Below the pieces are notes generated by a model. The model had not been told where the DNA came from. It was given only the letters and a program-made list of their open reading frames with translations, and did not search any database. Shown here piece after piece: positions 38,352 to 49,421 of a stretch of DNA of 64,000 nt (position 1 is the stretch's first letter; every line of letters starts with the position of its first letter). A program made the translations under genes and the position numbers. This DNA is from an uncultured Ignavibacteriaceae bacterium (GTDB lineage Bacteria > Bacteroidota > Ignavibacteria > Ignavibacteriales > Ignavibacteriaceae), in the NCBI GenBank assembly GCA_964515875.1, contig CAZEWJ010000001.1, positions 88,740 to 152,739 on the forward strand, given 5' to 3'.

Positions 38352-40439
38352 TTATTCAGAAACAGGTATAAAGCTTATTGCAGTTCCCCCGCCAGGCTCT
38401 AATTGTAAATTTAAATTTGTTGTTTTGTTAACAATCCTGCTTTCTATTTTATAAACAGTTGGGTTTTTATCCCAATGGGAATCCTCTTTATCCGAATAGA
38501 TAGTAGCGGTATATTTTTTCCCTTCATCTAAAAAGTTTAATGAAATACTTAATGATCTTTCATTTTCATCCGTAATGCTTCCTAAAAACCACTTCCCTGT
38601 GTTTCTTTCTTTTCGGACTGTGGTGATATATTCTTCAATCTCACCATTAATCACAATTGAAGTATCCCAGTCAACACCAACATCTCTTATAAATTGAAAT
38701 GCAGGATTTCCTTTATAATTTTCAGGAAGATCTGCAGCCATTTGTAAGGGGCTATAAATAACAACGTACAAAGCAAGCTGATGTGCTAATGTTGTATTAA
38801 CCTGGTTTTTATCTTTGTATTTATCAAATTTTATATCAAAAATTCCCGGGGTATAATCTATTGGTCCTGCAAGCATTCTTGTGAAAGGAACAATTGTAAG
38901 ATGTTTCGGCGGATTCATATCAATACTCCAGGCATTAAACTCCTGTCCTCTTAGTCCTTCTCCACTCATTAAGTTCGGATAAGTTCTTCTTAATCCTGTT
39001 GGAGTGACCGGTTCATGAATATCAACCATAATTTGATATTGAGCAGCTTTCTCAATCACTTTTCTGTTATGGTTAACCATATACTGCCCATGATGATATT
39101 CACCTTTGGGAATTATAGGACCAACATATCCTGTTTTTATGGCATGAATGCCAAGACTTTTACACAGAGCAAAAGCTGTATCCATTTGCTGTTCATAAGT
39201 TCTTACCGCTGAAGAAGTCTCGTGGTGCATAATTAAATTAACACCTTTTTCTTTTCCGTAACGAACAACCTCTTTAAGATCATAGTCTGCATAGGGAGTA
39301 ACGAAATCGAAAACGCCTTCACGATCTTCAAAACCGATCCACCTTTCCCAGCCTGTATTCCATCCTTCAATAAGCAAAGCCTTAATTCCATTTTCGGATG
39401 CAAAGTCAATATATCGTTTAGCATTTTCAGTTGTTGCACCATGTTTTCCGCTTGCCATATCCCAGGTACTTTTACCAAGATGCATTTCCCACCAGATGCC
39501 CATATACTTTGTTGGTTTTATCCATTCTAACTTGTTAGGATCAAGTTTGTTCGGTTCATTCAGATTAAGAATTGTTCTTGATTCTACTAAATCTTTGGCT
39601 TCGTCGCAAATTAAAATCAATCTCCAGGGTGTAACAAAGGGAGTTTTTGTTTTTACTTTTATACCCACCTCATTACCAACGAGCTCACTTTGAAATAGAA
39701 GTTTTTCTTTATCAACTTTTAAGGTTATGCTGGAATAATCGGTCAGGTTAGCTTCAAGGATGCTTATATAAATTCCATCATCCGTTTTCAATGTAACTGG
39801 AGCGTTAACTGCATTTTCTGGAATGTAAGTTTGTATAAGATTAGGATGTCCACGTTTAGATAAAGCATCAATTTCAGAAATACGGGATGTATTATAAAGA
39901 TGTTCAGTAATATCCCAGTCTCCGGGAGTCCACCAGCAGGTATGATCCCCGGTTAAATTGAACTGAGTGCTTTCATCAGTAATTACAACATCTTTAAGAT
40001 TTTTTTGTTCGGGAAATTCAAATCTAAAACCAACACCATCATTAAAAACTCTGAATACGAGAAAGCATTTTCTTTGAGGCTCTTCTTTTTCTTCAAGCTC
40101 AACCTTCAATTCATTATAATTATTGCGGATAAATCTTTGTTCTCCCCAAACTGTTTCCCAATTTTCATCAAAAGAAGAAGTGAATGAGTTTATAACTTTA
40201 AGATTCTTCCCAAAAGATTTCGCACCTTTAAAATCAAAGCTGAAGGAAGAAGTATCAATAATTCTTTTACCGTTGAAGTTTATAAGATAGAATGGGTCCC
40301 CTTTTTCTGTTAAAGAAAAAACTAATTCCATTTCGTCATTTGGAGAGTTTACTTTTGAGGTTGTTTTCTGATTAAAAATTTGGCAGCCAGCTAATTGAAT
40401 TAGTAGAATGCAGAATATAAAGATTTTAAATTGTTTCAT
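38352..40439 (-). CDS. Glycoside hydrolase family 97 (alpha-glucosidase, SusB-like), secreted
   Basis: Signal peptide/lipobox (LAGC). IEGWNTGWE, MHHETS, KTGYVG, HEPVTPTGLRRTYPN and RGQEFNAW motifs. Confidence 0.85.
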   Translation of the reverse strand: MKQFKIFIFCILLIQLAGCQIFNQKTTSKVNSPNDEMELVFSLTEKGDPFYLINFNGKRIIDTSSFSFDFKGAKSFGKNLKVINSFTSSFDENWETVWGEQRFIRNNYNELKVELEEKEEPQRKCFLVFRVFNDGVGFRFEFPEQKNLKDVVITDESTQFNLTGDHTCWWTPGDWDITEHLYNTSRISEIDALSKRGHPNLIQTYIPENAVNAPVTLKTDDGIYISILEANLTDYSSITLKVDKEKLLFQSELVGNEVGIKVKTKTPFVTPWRLILICDEAKDLVESRTILNLNEPNKLDPNKLEWIKPTKYMGIWWEMHLGKSTWDMASGKHGATTENAKRYIDFASENGIKALLIEGWNTGWERWIGFEDREGVFDFVTPYADYDLKEVVRYGKEKGVNLIMHHETSSAVRTYEQQMDTAFALCKSLGIHAIKTGYVGPIIPKGEYHHGQYMVNHNRKVIEKAAQYQIMVDIHEPVTPTGLRRTYPNLMSGEGLRGQEFNAWSIDMNPPKHLTIVPFTRMLAGPIDYTPGIFDIKFDKYKDKNQVNTTLAHQLALYVVIYSPLQMAADLPENYKGNPAFQFIRDVGVDWDTSIVINGEIEEYITTVRKERNTGKWFLGSITDENERSLSISLNFLDEGKKYTATIYSDKEDSHWDKNPTVYKIESRIVNKTTNLNLQLEPGGGTAISFIPVSE

Positions 40440-40591
40440 GTTAATAATTGAGTTAATAATAAACGTATTTAATTATTGTTTGTTTAGTAAGATATTCAAT
40501 CTATTGAAGAATCAGAAGCGTTGCTTCTGTAAAAAACCTATCCTAATTTGACATCCTATTTTAGATTAGCTATATTTAACCACTTAAATAT

Positions 40592-40664
<73 letters not shown>

Positions 40665-40672
40665 CAAATCAG

Positions 40673-40700
40673 AAAAAGCCGAGTTATATCGGCTTTTTTA
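40673..40700 (+). terminator. Rho-independent terminator after the tRNA
   Basis: aaaaagccg / cggcttttt 9-bp stem plus a T tract. Confidence 0.75.
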
Positions 40701-40710
40701 TTTTACGACT

Positions 40711-40884
40711 ATGAAATACTACGTTTATGTTATTCAAAGCGAAGAAGGGTTTAAATACAAAGGATTGACGGACAATCTTGAGAAAAGATTGCTTGAGCCC
40801 AAAAGGCTGGGTTTTTTATTTCAATTCATTGCTTTAAATGAAAGTGAACCTTTTCCGTCAATGCTTATGAAGTTTTTTATGTGA
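40711..40884 (+). pseudogene. Remnant of a GIY-YIG-domain gene (only about 27 N-terminal codons are recognisable)
   Basis: MKYYVYVIQSEEGFKYKGLTDNLEKRLLE matches the GIY...YIG...R..EH pattern. The sequence then diverges at a hairpin/T tract (agcc-caaaa-ggct gggtttttt). Confidence 0.4.
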
Positions 40885-41104
40885 AATAAGTCATAAAAAT
40901 TTTTTATGTGATTTTTAATTTATCCGCACTTTTTTATTTGAATCAAATTCAGGCTAAAATTAAACTTTATCCCCGACTTTAATACTAATAAAGTCGGATG
41001 TTTGTTAAACTTCTCATAGCCCCATTTGGGTAAATCCATACTGAATGTAGCCAGATTATGAGTTATCTTTGTAATGAATCAATTAACAAAAAACGAGGTA
41101 ATAT

Positions 41105-41596
41105 TTGAAATCATTAACCAAAGCGTTTATAATGTTGGTTATGATATCGCTGGTTGGATTCACTTATATAGCAAATGAGAAAGTAATAATGGAACCAGTG
41201 AGTAATTCTGAAATAGAAAATCTAAATGAAAACGAATCTTTAACCAAGACATCTTTGGTTGAGTTTATTGATAAAGGCACAATGAAAGCCTCCTGGTACG
41301 GGCCTAGATTCCACGGCAGATTAACAGCTAATGGGGAAATTTTTGACCAAATGGCTTTTACAGCAGCTCATAAAAAGATGAAATTCGGAACTATACTTAG
41401 GGTAACAAATCCTAAGAATAATAAATCGGTTGTTGTAAGGATAAATGACCGTGGTCCTTACACATCAGGCAGACAGCTTGATATCTCTAAAGCTGCAGCA
41501 TTGGAACTGGAAATAATAGAAAAAGGCGTTGCCAGGCTAAAAGTTGAGGAGATTACACTTAAAGGTATAAATCTGCCGGTTATTACGCTTAACTAA
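41105..41596 (+). CDS. rlpA: RlpA-family septal lytic transglycosylase (DPBB domain)
   Basis: ASWYGPRFHGRLTANGEIFD...TAAHKKMKFGTILRVTN...VVVRINDRGPY. TTG start. Confidence 0.85.
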   Translation: MKSLTKAFIMLVMISLVGFTYIANEKVIMEPVSNSEIENLNENESLTKTSLVEFIDKGTMKASWYGPRFHGRLTANGEIFDQMAFTAAHKKMKFGTILRVTNPKNNKSVVVRINDRGPYTSGRQLDISKAAALELEIIEKGVARLKVEEITLKGINLPVITLN

Positions 41597-41616
41597 ATGA
41601 AAATATTCAACTTTTT

Positions 41617-41642
41617 TAAGCCTCCTTACTGGAGGCTTTTTT
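41617..41642 (+). terminator. Rho-independent terminator after rlpA
   Basis: aagcctcc-ttact-ggaggctt followed by a T tract. Confidence 0.75.
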
Positions 41643-41721
41643 GTTTTAAATGTAAAAAGAAACACCAGAATTATTAAATTTACAGCCAACTTATAATTTT
41701 AAGGGATTTCGGTTATTCTAA

Positions 41722-42273
41722 ATGAAACTTAATCTTGGCTGCGGAAATGATATTAAACAGGGTTATATAAATCTCGATATTGTTGATTATGGAGGGAACC
41801 AGGTTCACGACCTGAATTCATTTCCTTATCCATTCGAGGAAAATACTTTTGATGAAGTTTATGCTTCCCACGTTCTTGAACACCTGAATAGCTTCCACAA
41901 AACTGTTACTGAGCTATACAAGATTTGCAAACCTGATGCAATAATTGAGGTTTATGTGCCTTTTTTTCTCAATACAAAATATTTTGGGGAACCCGACCAT
42001 AAAATCCCTTTCTCCATAAGATCTTTTGATAATTATGAATATATAGGAAACCGCAAGCTGAAGTTTTATGAAAAGTGGAAACTTAACCACAGAACAAACT
42101 ATAAAGGCAAAGCTCAATATGAGGTTTTGGAAAAAAGATTTATAACCTCTCACTTTGCTGCTTTAAAATGGTTGGATTTAATTGTGAATATTGAACCCGT
42201 TATTTATGAAAGATTTTTTGCAGGGATATTTTCGCCTGAGGAGGTTTATTTTAAGTTAAGAGTTGTTAAATAA
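41722..42273 (+). CDS. Class I SAM-dependent methyltransferase
   Basis: LNLGCG motif I and ...VYASHVLEHL post-I region. Confidence 0.65.
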   Translation: MKLNLGCGNDIKQGYINLDIVDYGGNQVHDLNSFPYPFEENTFDEVYASHVLEHLNSFHKTVTELYKICKPDAIIEVYVPFFLNTKYFGEPDHKIPFSIRSFDNYEYIGNRKLKFYEKWKLNHRTNYKGKAQYEVLEKRFITSHFAALKWLDLIVNIEPVIYERFFAGIFSPEEVYFKLRVVK

Positions 42274-42343
42274 TAAAATCATTTTTTTAAGAGATTTCCA
42301 CATAAATAAAATCCAGTAAATTCAGGGACTCCAGCTTAAAAAT

Positions 42344-42775
42344 TTGGAAACCATTCATAGCAATTTATGTTTAATAGTTAGAAAGAAAATTGCTACATTT
42401 GAAAAATTTATTAAAAAAATTATAAGAATAAATGTGAAAAATGTTCAAAAATTAATACTGCCACTTCTGATATTAACATTAATTGGATTGGTTTACTTCC
42501 TTTATTTCTCTCCAAAAGAAGGGCTTGGCTCATTTGATGATTTTGATCCGAATAATAATGCTGTAAAAGACATTCGTGTAAAAATTGTTCAGAATCAGGG
42601 GATTAACAAAACACCGGAGGGAGGCGCAGTTTTTTTTGCAGAAGATAAAAATAATACCGTGGTACAGGTAAATGCTGATAAAGTACCACAAGGACTTGAA
42701 TCAGCGGGAACCATTATACTTAAAGGGCATCTGAGCCAGGGTGGTTTTCATGCTCACGATGTAGTAATTGATTAA
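42344..42775 (+). CDS. Membrane-anchored CcmE-like OB-fold protein (tentative)
   Basis: A TM anchor is followed by ...[49 protein letters not shown]. This resembles Bacteroidetes-type CcmE, but it ends before the heme-binding tail. The real start is probably internal (near 42434). Confidence 0.4.
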   Translation: METIHSNLCLIVRKKIATFEKFIKKIIRINVKNVQKLILPLLILTLIGLVYFLYFSPKEGLGSFDDFDPNNNAVKDIRVKIVQNQGINKTPEGGAVFFAEDKNNTVVQVNADKVPQGLESAGTIILKGHLSQGGFHAHDVVID

Positions 42776-42780
42776 ATTTT

Positions 42781-44796
42781 ATGAATAAATTTGAACTTAT
42801 TTCAACATACAAGCCGGCAGGGGATCAGCCGAAAGCGATTAAAGAGCTTGTTGAGGGATTATACCACGGTGATAAATACCAGACTCTTCTTGGAGTTACC
42901 GGCAGTGGTAAAACCTTTACCATTTCAAATGTAATTAAAGAAGTAAATAAACCAACTCTTATTATCTCGCATAATAAAACTCTTGCCGCACAATTATATT
43001 CTGAGTTCAAAACATTCTTTCCAAATAATGCTGTTGAATTTTTTATAAGCTATTATGATTACTACCAGCCAGAAGCTTATGTTGTATCAAGCGATCTTTA
43101 TATTGAAAAGGATTTTTCAGTTAATGAAGAGATTGACAGGCTGAGATTAAAAGCAACAACTGCTTTAATTGAAGGACGAAGAGATGTCATTGTAGTTGCA
43201 AGTGTAAGCTGCATTTACGGAATTGGTGCACCGCAAGAGTTTGCACAGCAAATTATTTTTTTGAGAAAAGGGGAGAAGGTATCAAAGAAAAAACTTTTGC
43301 GTGATCTGATTGAAATTCATTTTGTAAGAAATGATACTGAATTCAGCAGGGGAACATTCAGGGCGAGAGGCGATGTTGTTGAGATAATTCCTGCTTATCA
43401 ATATGAAGAAGCAATAAGAGCAGAATTCTGGGATGATGATATAGAAAAGCTTTCGATTATTGATTCGATTACCGGCGATGTAATTAAAGAAATAGATTCG
43501 GCAGCAATTTATCCTGCAAAATATTTTGTAACGAATAGAGAGCAGGTTCAGAAAGCAATCTATAATATTGAACAGGAATTAAAAGAGAGACTAGAATATT
43601 TCTTTTCACAGGAAAAATATCTTGAAGCCCAGAGACTTGAACAGAGAACCAAGTTTGATATTGAGATGATGAAAGAGCTTGGGTACTGTTCAGGTATTGA
43701 AAATTATTCAAGGCATATGGATGGTCGTCTTCCGGGTACACGTCCTTTCAACCTTATGGATTATTTTCCAAAAGATTTCTTACTTGTTGTTGATGAATCC
43801 CACGTTGCAATTCCTCAAGTAAGAGGAATGTACAATGGCGACCGTGCAAGAAAAGAAAATCTTGTTGAATATGGTTTCAGACTTCCTTCCGCTCTTGATA
43901 ACCGGCCGATGAAGTTTGAAGAATTTGAAAGTATGCTTGACCAGGTAATCTTTGCAAGCGCTACTCCTGCAGATTTTGAATTGCAGAAAAGTGGTGGAGT
44001 TGTTGTTGAGCAGATTATCCGTCCAACAGGTTTACTTGATCCAGGAATTGAGGTAAGACCTGTTAAAGGGCAGATTGATGATCTTATCGGAGAAATTAGA
44101 GAGAGGGCTTTAAAAAAAGAGCGGGTTCTGGTAACAACATTAACAAAAAAAATGGCTGAGGATCTTTCCGATTATCTTGATAAGATTGGAATCTTAGTCA
44201 GGTATATTCATAGCGATATTGATGCTCTTGAGAGAGTTGAGATATTAAGAGACTTAAGACTTGGCGACTTCGATGTCTTGGTTGGAGTTAATTTATTAAG
44301 AGAAGGGCTTGATCTTCCGGAAGTTTCTCTTGTCGCTATTATTGATGCTGATAAAGAAGGTTTCCTTAGAAGTGAAAGATCTTTAATGCAGACAGCGGGG
44401 AGAACAGCACGTAATGTAAACGGCAAAGTAATTATGTACGCAGATATAATTACAAACTCTATGAGAAAAACCATTGATGAGACAAACAGAAGAAGAAAAC
44501 TGCAGACAGAATATAATATTGCAAATAATATTTCTCCTATGACAATTTATAAAAGTATGGAAGAGATTATGGCTTCAACTTCTATTGCTGATGTTAGAAA
44601 AAAAGAAGAAAGGGAAACATTCTCTTTTTCCAAAGTTGCTGAACCTGTTTTGAAATATATGAGTCGAGACCAAAAGGTAGATTTGATTGAACAATTGACA
44701 GAACAAATGCACCAGGCTGCAAAAGATCTTGAATTTGAAAGAGCAGCAGCTTTGAGAGATGAAGTGAACAGGCTTAAGAAGATGGTAGCTAAATAA
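42781..44796 (+). CDS. uvrB: Excinuclease ABC subunit B
   Basis: [22 protein letters not shown] beta-hairpin region, and C-terminal UVR motif ([12 protein letters not shown]). Confidence 0.95.
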   Translation: MNKFELISTYKPAGDQPKAIKELVEGLYHGDKYQTLLGVTGSGKTFTISNVIKEVNKPTLIISHNKTLAAQLYSEFKTFFPNNAVEFFISYYDYYQPEAYVVSSDLYIEKDFSVNEEIDRLRLKATTALIEGRRDVIVVASVSCIYGIGAPQEFAQQIIFLRKGEKVSKKKLLRDLIEIHFVRNDTEFSRGTFRARGDVVEIIPAYQYEEAIRAEFWDDDIEKLSIIDSITGDVIKEIDSAAIYPAKYFVTNREQVQKAIYNIEQELKERLEYFFSQEKYLEAQRLEQRTKFDIEMMKELGYCSGIENYSRHMDGRLPGTRPFNLMDYFPKDFLLVVDESHVAIPQVRGMYNGDRARKENLVEYGFRLPSALDNRPMKFEEFESMLDQVIFASATPADFELQKSGGVVVEQIIRPTGLLDPGIEVRPVKGQIDDLIGEIRERALKKERVLVTTLTKKMAEDLSDYLDKIGILVRYIHSDIDALERVEILRDLRLGDFDVLVGVNLLREGLDLPEVSLVAIIDADKEGFLRSERSLMQTAGRTARNVNGKVIMYADIITNSMRKTIDETNRRRKLQTEYNIANNISPMTIYKSMEEIMASTSIADVRKKEERETFSFSKVAEPVLKYMSRDQKVDLIEQLTEQMHQAAKDLEFERAAALRDEVNRLKKMVAK

Positions 44797-44800
44797 AGGT

Positions 44801-44885
44801 ATATTGGAGTGATGGAATATTGGAGTCAGGGAATGATGGAATATAGTTTTTATAAATTCCGATACTCCATCATTCCATTATTCCA
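44801..44885. repeat. Word-like direct and inverted repeat after uvrB
   Basis: atattggagt occurs twice (44801, 44817). gatggaatat occurs twice (44811, 44835). Inverted arms ggaatgatggaatat (44830-44844) and atactccatcattcc (44862-44876) match at 14 of 15 positions. Confidence 0.6.
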
Positions 44886-44915
44886 AACCCCGGTTCAAAA
44901 TAAACTAAATCTATT

Positions 44916-45650
44916 ATGATACATTCTATTCCTAAAATCATTATCACTTCTTACTTGCTGCTTGGCTTCATAAGTTGTGATAAAATTAAAGATCAGCCGG
45001 AAAAATTAAAACCGATTGAAGCATATTCTCTTAAAATTTCTGAACCATCGGGGTTAGAATTAACAAATGGTAAACTTTGGATTATAAGTGATAGGAAAAG
45101 CACTGTTTATCAAACTGATCTAAAAGGTAAAGTAGAATTTAGTTTTAAAATTAAAGAAACTGATCTTGAAGGAATAACAGTTTTTGATGATTCATTGATT
45201 GCAATTGCTTTAGAGTTTTCAAGAGAAGTGTTGATATTAGATTTAGCCGGTAATGAAATTTCCCGTACTTCATTAAGTATTGATGGCAGCAGAAATTCAG
45301 GCCTTGAAGGAATTACTTATAATCCCGCTAATGAACATTTTTATCTTGTTAATGAAAAGGATCCGGTTCTTTTAATAGAAGCAGATAAAAATTTAAAAGA
45401 GATAAGCAGGAAAAAAGTAAAAGGTGTAAAAGATTTATCCGGGATTTCATATTCGGTTAAAGAAAATTGTCTCTGGCTGTTAAGCGATGAAGATAGAAAA
45501 ATCATTAAATCTTCTCTTGAAGGTGAGTTCATAAAAGAATATAGAATTACAGTAGAACAACCTGAAGGAATTGCTGTTGATGATGAGAATAATCTGATTT
45601 ACGTCGTTTCGGATAAGGAAGAGAAATTATATGTATATGAAGTTGAATAA
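44916..45650 (+). CDS. SdiA-regulated-domain (beta-propeller) lipoprotein
   Basis: Lipobox GFISC. ISEPSGLEL and LEGITY / PEGIAVD repeat motifs. Confidence 0.65.
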   Translation: MIHSIPKIIITSYLLLGFISCDKIKDQPEKLKPIEAYSLKISEPSGLELTNGKLWIISDRKSTVYQTDLKGKVEFSFKIKETDLEGITVFDDSLIAIALEFSREVLILDLAGNEISRTSLSIDGSRNSGLEGITYNPANEHFYLVNEKDPVLLIEADKNLKEISRKKVKGVKDLSGISYSVKENCLWLLSDEDRKIIKSSLEGEFIKEYRITVEQPEGIAVDDENNLIYVVSDKEEKLYVYEVE

Positions 45651-45653
45651 GTT

Positions 45654-45718
45654 AAAAGTCAAACGGGGAATCGTGAAGTGCAATCAATAGTCTATAAACT
45701 TTTTTGCGTTTGACTTTT
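45654..45718. terminator. 12-bp inverted repeat between convergent genes (aaaagtcaaacg / cgtttgactttt)
   Basis: Read directly. The 41-nt loop makes it an atypical terminator. Confidence 0.4.
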
Positions 45719-45730
45719 CACATTTTTCAC

Positions 45731-47128
45731 TTACACCGTTCTTGTCTTTCCTCTTAACATTTGCAGAATCGTTAAAAGAATTATCTGAATATCCAGCCAG
45801 AAGGTCCAGTTTTCAATATACCAGAGATCGTATTCAATTCTTTTTGTAATAAGCTTTTTATTCTCTTCATCATCAACAACATCACCTCTTAAACCGTGAA
45901 TCTGTGCCCATCCTGTAATGCCCGGCTTTACATTATGCCGAAGCTTTATCTCCTCAAAAATTTTTCCATACCTGTTATCATAAGGGATCGGGTAAGGACG
46001 GGGGCCAACTATTGACATTTCACCTTTAAGAACATTAATAAATTGAGGAAGCTCATCAATATTTGTTTTTCTTAAAAATCTTCCGAACGATGTAATGCGC
46101 GGATCATTTTCAGTTACAGGTTGGAAAAAACTTCCGGATGATTCATCTGCTTTCAGAGTTCTGAATTTATAACATCTGAATTTCTTGTTCCTTGCCCCAA
46201 TCCTTTCCTGGACAAAAAGAACTGGTCCGTAGGATGTAATTTTTGTTATTAAAACTACTATAGGGAAAAAGATTGACAGAATAAAAACCACAACTAACAA
46301 AGAAAAAATAAAATCAAAAATTCTTTTAATTGCACGCCATTGTACTTCTTCAAGAGGTTCATTCCTTGAAGTGATAATAGGAAAATTGCCTATCATACTT
46401 ATTCTGAAACGCTGAGAAACAAACCTGAAATAATCAGGTATGATATGAGTTCTGACTGCATTCCTGTTACAGGTTTTAACTATTTCATCCATCAAAAAAT
46501 TATCTTGTTGAGGTAATGCAAGAACTACTTCATCAATTTTATTTGAAAGGAGAGTTTTTTCAAGCTGATCATAATCACCAAGAATTTCATTGTTAACTTC
46601 ACTATCTCTTCCTAAAAACCCGGCAAACCTGTAACCAAAATCGGGATTTTCTTTAATCAGCTTTCTAAAATTTCCTGCAACTTCACCAGTTCCGATGATA
46701 AGAAGTTTACGAATATTGATTCCTCTTTGTCTCAGCTTCTTCATAATTTTTCTGAATAAAATTGAACGGAGACTTACAAGGACAAAAAGAAAAACAGAAT
46801 AATAGATAATAAAATTTCTTGTGAAAAGATCTTCCTTAACAGTGAAGATGAAGATAATAGAAATGAGTATCTGAACAATTACACTTTTACCAATGTTTAC
46901 TAACTGAAAAACAAAAAGCCTTGAAGCAAAGTCATCATAAAAATTGGTTGTGCTTGCATAAAAGTACCAGGCAAAGTTCAACCCCGCTTCAAGAATAACC
47001 ATCCGGTTCCTGTCCATCAGTATATCATAAGATTGAGCAAGTATCGCTGCAGCAATAAAAACAATATTCAACAGAACTAAATCAGTGAATAAGCGTAAAT
47101 AATAAATTGATCTTCTGTTTACAATCAT
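45731..47128 (-). CDS. Polyprenyl-phosphate glycosyl-1-phosphate transferase (WbaP/exopolysaccharide initiating enzyme)
   Basis: N-terminal TM bundle and C-terminal DELPQFINVLKGEMSIVGPRP motif. Confidence 0.85.
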   Translation of the reverse strand: MIVNRRSIYYLRLFTDLVLLNIVFIAAAILAQSYDILMDRNRMVILEAGLNFAWYFYASTTNFYDDFASRLFVFQLVNIGKSVIVQILISIIFIFTVKEDLFTRNFIIYYSVFLFVLVSLRSILFRKIMKKLRQRGINIRKLLIIGTGEVAGNFRKLIKENPDFGYRFAGFLGRDSEVNNEILGDYDQLEKTLLSNKIDEVVLALPQQDNFLMDEIVKTCNRNAVRTHIIPDYFRFVSQRFRISMIGNFPIITSRNEPLEEVQWRAIKRIFDFIFSLLVVVFILSIFFPIVVLITKITSYGPVLFVQERIGARNKKFRCYKFRTLKADESSGSFFQPVTENDPRITSFGRFLRKTNIDELPQFINVLKGEMSIVGPRPYPIPYDNRYGKIFEEIKLRHNVKPGITGWAQIHGLRGDVVDDEENKKLITKRIEYDLWYIENWTFWLDIQIILLTILQMLRGKTRTV

Positions 47129-47147
47129 ATAAATAAATTCATCCCCG

Positions 47148-48227
47148 TTAATCTATAAAATGATCAATTGCGTTTATAACTTCGGTAACCGTTATAGCCT
47201 TCATACATTCTCCTGATCTATCTTTACAATTATACTCAAAACCAAGGTTTAAACACGGGGCGGAAAAATAGCTGCTTTTAATTGAGACAGAATTTTTATT
47301 TAGTGGTCCCCACCTCAATGGATTTGTTGGCCCATGTAAAACAATTAAATTAGTTCCTGCCGCAGAAGTTATATGCATTATCCCTGTGTTTACGCTCAAG
47401 ACAAGTTTACAGCTTTTTACGTGATCTGCTGTTTCCTTCAAAGTGAACTTCCCTGCAAGATTATAAAGATTTTCCTGTGTTGTAAAATTATTCAAAAGAT
47501 TTTCTATTGAGTAGTAATCATTTTGTGAACCTGTAAAAAAGATCCTAAACTTTTTAGATCTTAAATACTCTATAACGCTTATCCAGTTTTCAACAGGCCA
47601 TTCTTTTAAATAAGAGAGATAACCTCCCGCGTTGATGTGAATTGAAATTTTATCATCATATTTGCTGTTTCCGGATTCTATTTCGGGTAGTCTGTTTGAA
47701 TTAATTCCTGTTGGAGAGATCAGGTTCCTGTAATTAGTAATTTCATGAACTTTATCTGAATGAACTATGCTTAGATCATACACGTTTTTTCTATATTGAT
47801 TTTTCGTATCGAATCCTATTTTTAATTCTGATCTGGAAAAAAAAGTAAGAAGTGAACTTATCCTTGCCCATTGAGAAGAATCAATAAAAATATTAAAAGA
47901 GCGACTTCTAATTATTCTTATAGCTTTTAGAATTTTAGTTAAATCTATTGAGATAATTTCATCGGCAATATTTATTAATTCGGCTGCTTCACGATTTTCT
48001 TCTGGTACAAAAAGGATAATTTTGGGAGAGCTAAGCTTTTCCTTTAAATCTTTAAGAGGTGCGCTTATTAAAATTGTATCCCCGATCGCCGGTGTTAAAA
48101 GTATGCCGATGCTTTTTATTGTTTGTGGAAACTCCTTTTTTCTTTTTAAAAAGCCAAATAAGAAAACAAGTGGAACACCAAGATAACGGTCAAGCAGCTT
48201 TAATTTTTTTTGTCCTCTTATTTTCAA
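47148..48227 (-). CDS. Family-9 glycosyltransferase (heptosyltransferase-like)
   Basis: PAIGDTILISAPLKDLK and NTGIMHITSAAGTNLIVLHGPTNP motifs. Confidence 0.7.
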   Translation of the reverse strand: MKIRGQKKLKLLDRYLGVPLVFLFGFLKRKKEFPQTIKSIGILLTPAIGDTILISAPLKDLKEKLSSPKIILFVPEENREAAELINIADEIISIDLTKILKAIRIIRSRSFNIFIDSSQWARISSLLTFFSRSELKIGFDTKNQYRKNVYDLSIVHSDKVHEITNYRNLISPTGINSNRLPEIESGNSKYDDKISIHINAGGYLSYLKEWPVENWISVIEYLRSKKFRIFFTGSQNDYYSIENLLNNFTTQENLYNLAGKFTLKETADHVKSCKLVLSVNTGIMHITSAAGTNLIVLHGPTNPLRWGPLNKNSVSIKSSYFSAPCLNLGFEYNCKDRSGECMKAITVTEVINAIDHFID

Positions 48228-48229
48228 TT

Positions 48230-49348
48230 TTATGTTCCCAAATGTTTGTAAATCTCTTTCATCTTATTAATCATAGTGTCCAATTGAAATTTCTCATTAA
48301 ATATTTTTAATGAATTATCGCTTAAAAGTTTTTGTTCGGAAATAGAATTTTTAATTCTCAATATTTTATCAACAGCATCGTCCGGATTATTTACAGAAAA
48401 CAAATAACCGTTTTTGCCATTGGTTACTACTTCATTATTCCCGGTTACATTGCTGGCGACAGTAGGTATACCATTTGCGGAAGCCTCAATTAATGAATAA
48501 GGCATGCCTTCCCATAAAGAAGTGGAAAGATAGATGTCGCTCGCTGAAAGATACTCATCAATATTACTCTTGTAACCTAACAGTAAAATATTTTTAAGAT
48601 TATTCTTGGTGACTAATCTTTCAATCTCAGGTTTTTCTTCTCCATCTCCTATTATTAAAAAAAGAATATCCGGATTCCCGAATAGTTTTTCAGCAATAGT
48701 AACAGTTGCTTTTATATTCTTTTGCTGATTGAATCTTACAACTGAAATAATTAAAAATGCTTCTATAGGTAAGTTAAGTTTATTCCTCAGTTGGTTTTTA
48801 TCCCAACCACTCCTCTCAGCGTTCTTAATAGCATTGTACACGACTAAAGATTTTGAATTCTTAAAAATTCTGTGCTGTAAACAAATTTCTTTTTCACCTT
48901 GAGAAACATTGATAAAAAGATCAGTAAATTGGCTTAGAAATCTTTCCACTAAAATGTAAAACTTTCTCGCCAATAAATTATAATTTAGAATGTGAAATCC
49001 GTGGAAGGTGTATATAACAAAAAGTTTCGGCAAAAATATTTTGATTAGTCTTCCATATATACCGGCACCTTTGCCATGAGTGTGCAGAATTTCTATTCGA
49101 TTTTTTTTTATAAACTGTATAAGCTTTAAAAAGCTCATTAGTTTGAATGAACGAAAAGGCAATTCAAAAAATTTGTTATCTCCCAGGCTTTCCTGCCATT
49201 TAAGTCCATACGGTTTATTCAGAGGCGCTGCCGCGTAAATATCGAATGCTTGGCTGAGATTATTAATTAACAAATCAATATGATAAGGTCCCCCGCCAAA
49301 ATCCGATCTTACTGTTATATAAATTATCTTTTTCTTTTCGGGGTTCAA
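48230..49348 (-). CDS. Family-4 (GT-B) glycosyltransferase
   Basis: C-terminal SLWEGMPYSLIEASANGIPTVASNVTGNNEVV (EX7E-type motif). Confidence 0.8.
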   Translation of the reverse strand: MNPEKKKIIYITVRSDFGGGPYHIDLLINNLSQAFDIYAAAPLNKPYGLKWQESLGDNKFFELPFRSFKLMSFLKLIQFIKKNRIEILHTHGKGAGIYGRLIKIFLPKLFVIYTFHGFHILNYNLLARKFYILVERFLSQFTDLFINVSQGEKEICLQHRIFKNSKSLVVYNAIKNAERSGWDKNQLRNKLNLPIEAFLIISVVRFNQQKNIKATVTIAEKLFGNPDILFLIIGDGEEKPEIERLVTKNNLKNILLLGYKSNIDEYLSASDIYLSTSLWEGMPYSLIEASANGIPTVASNVTGNNEVVTNGKNGYLFSVNNPDDAVDKILRIKNSISEQKLLSDNSLKIFNEKFQLDTMINKMKEIYKHLGT

Positions 49349-49421
49349 CTGATGATCATTTCGTTTAAGCTATTGATTATATTAGTTATTATAGATTTAG
49401 AATTATTCTTCATATATCAAA

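Noticed and set aside
40440-40591. Hairpin cagaagc-gtt-gcttctg upstream of GH97 as a terminator or regulatory RNA
   Set aside because: It has no T tract in the right orientation on either strand and no second copy, so the evidence is insufficient.
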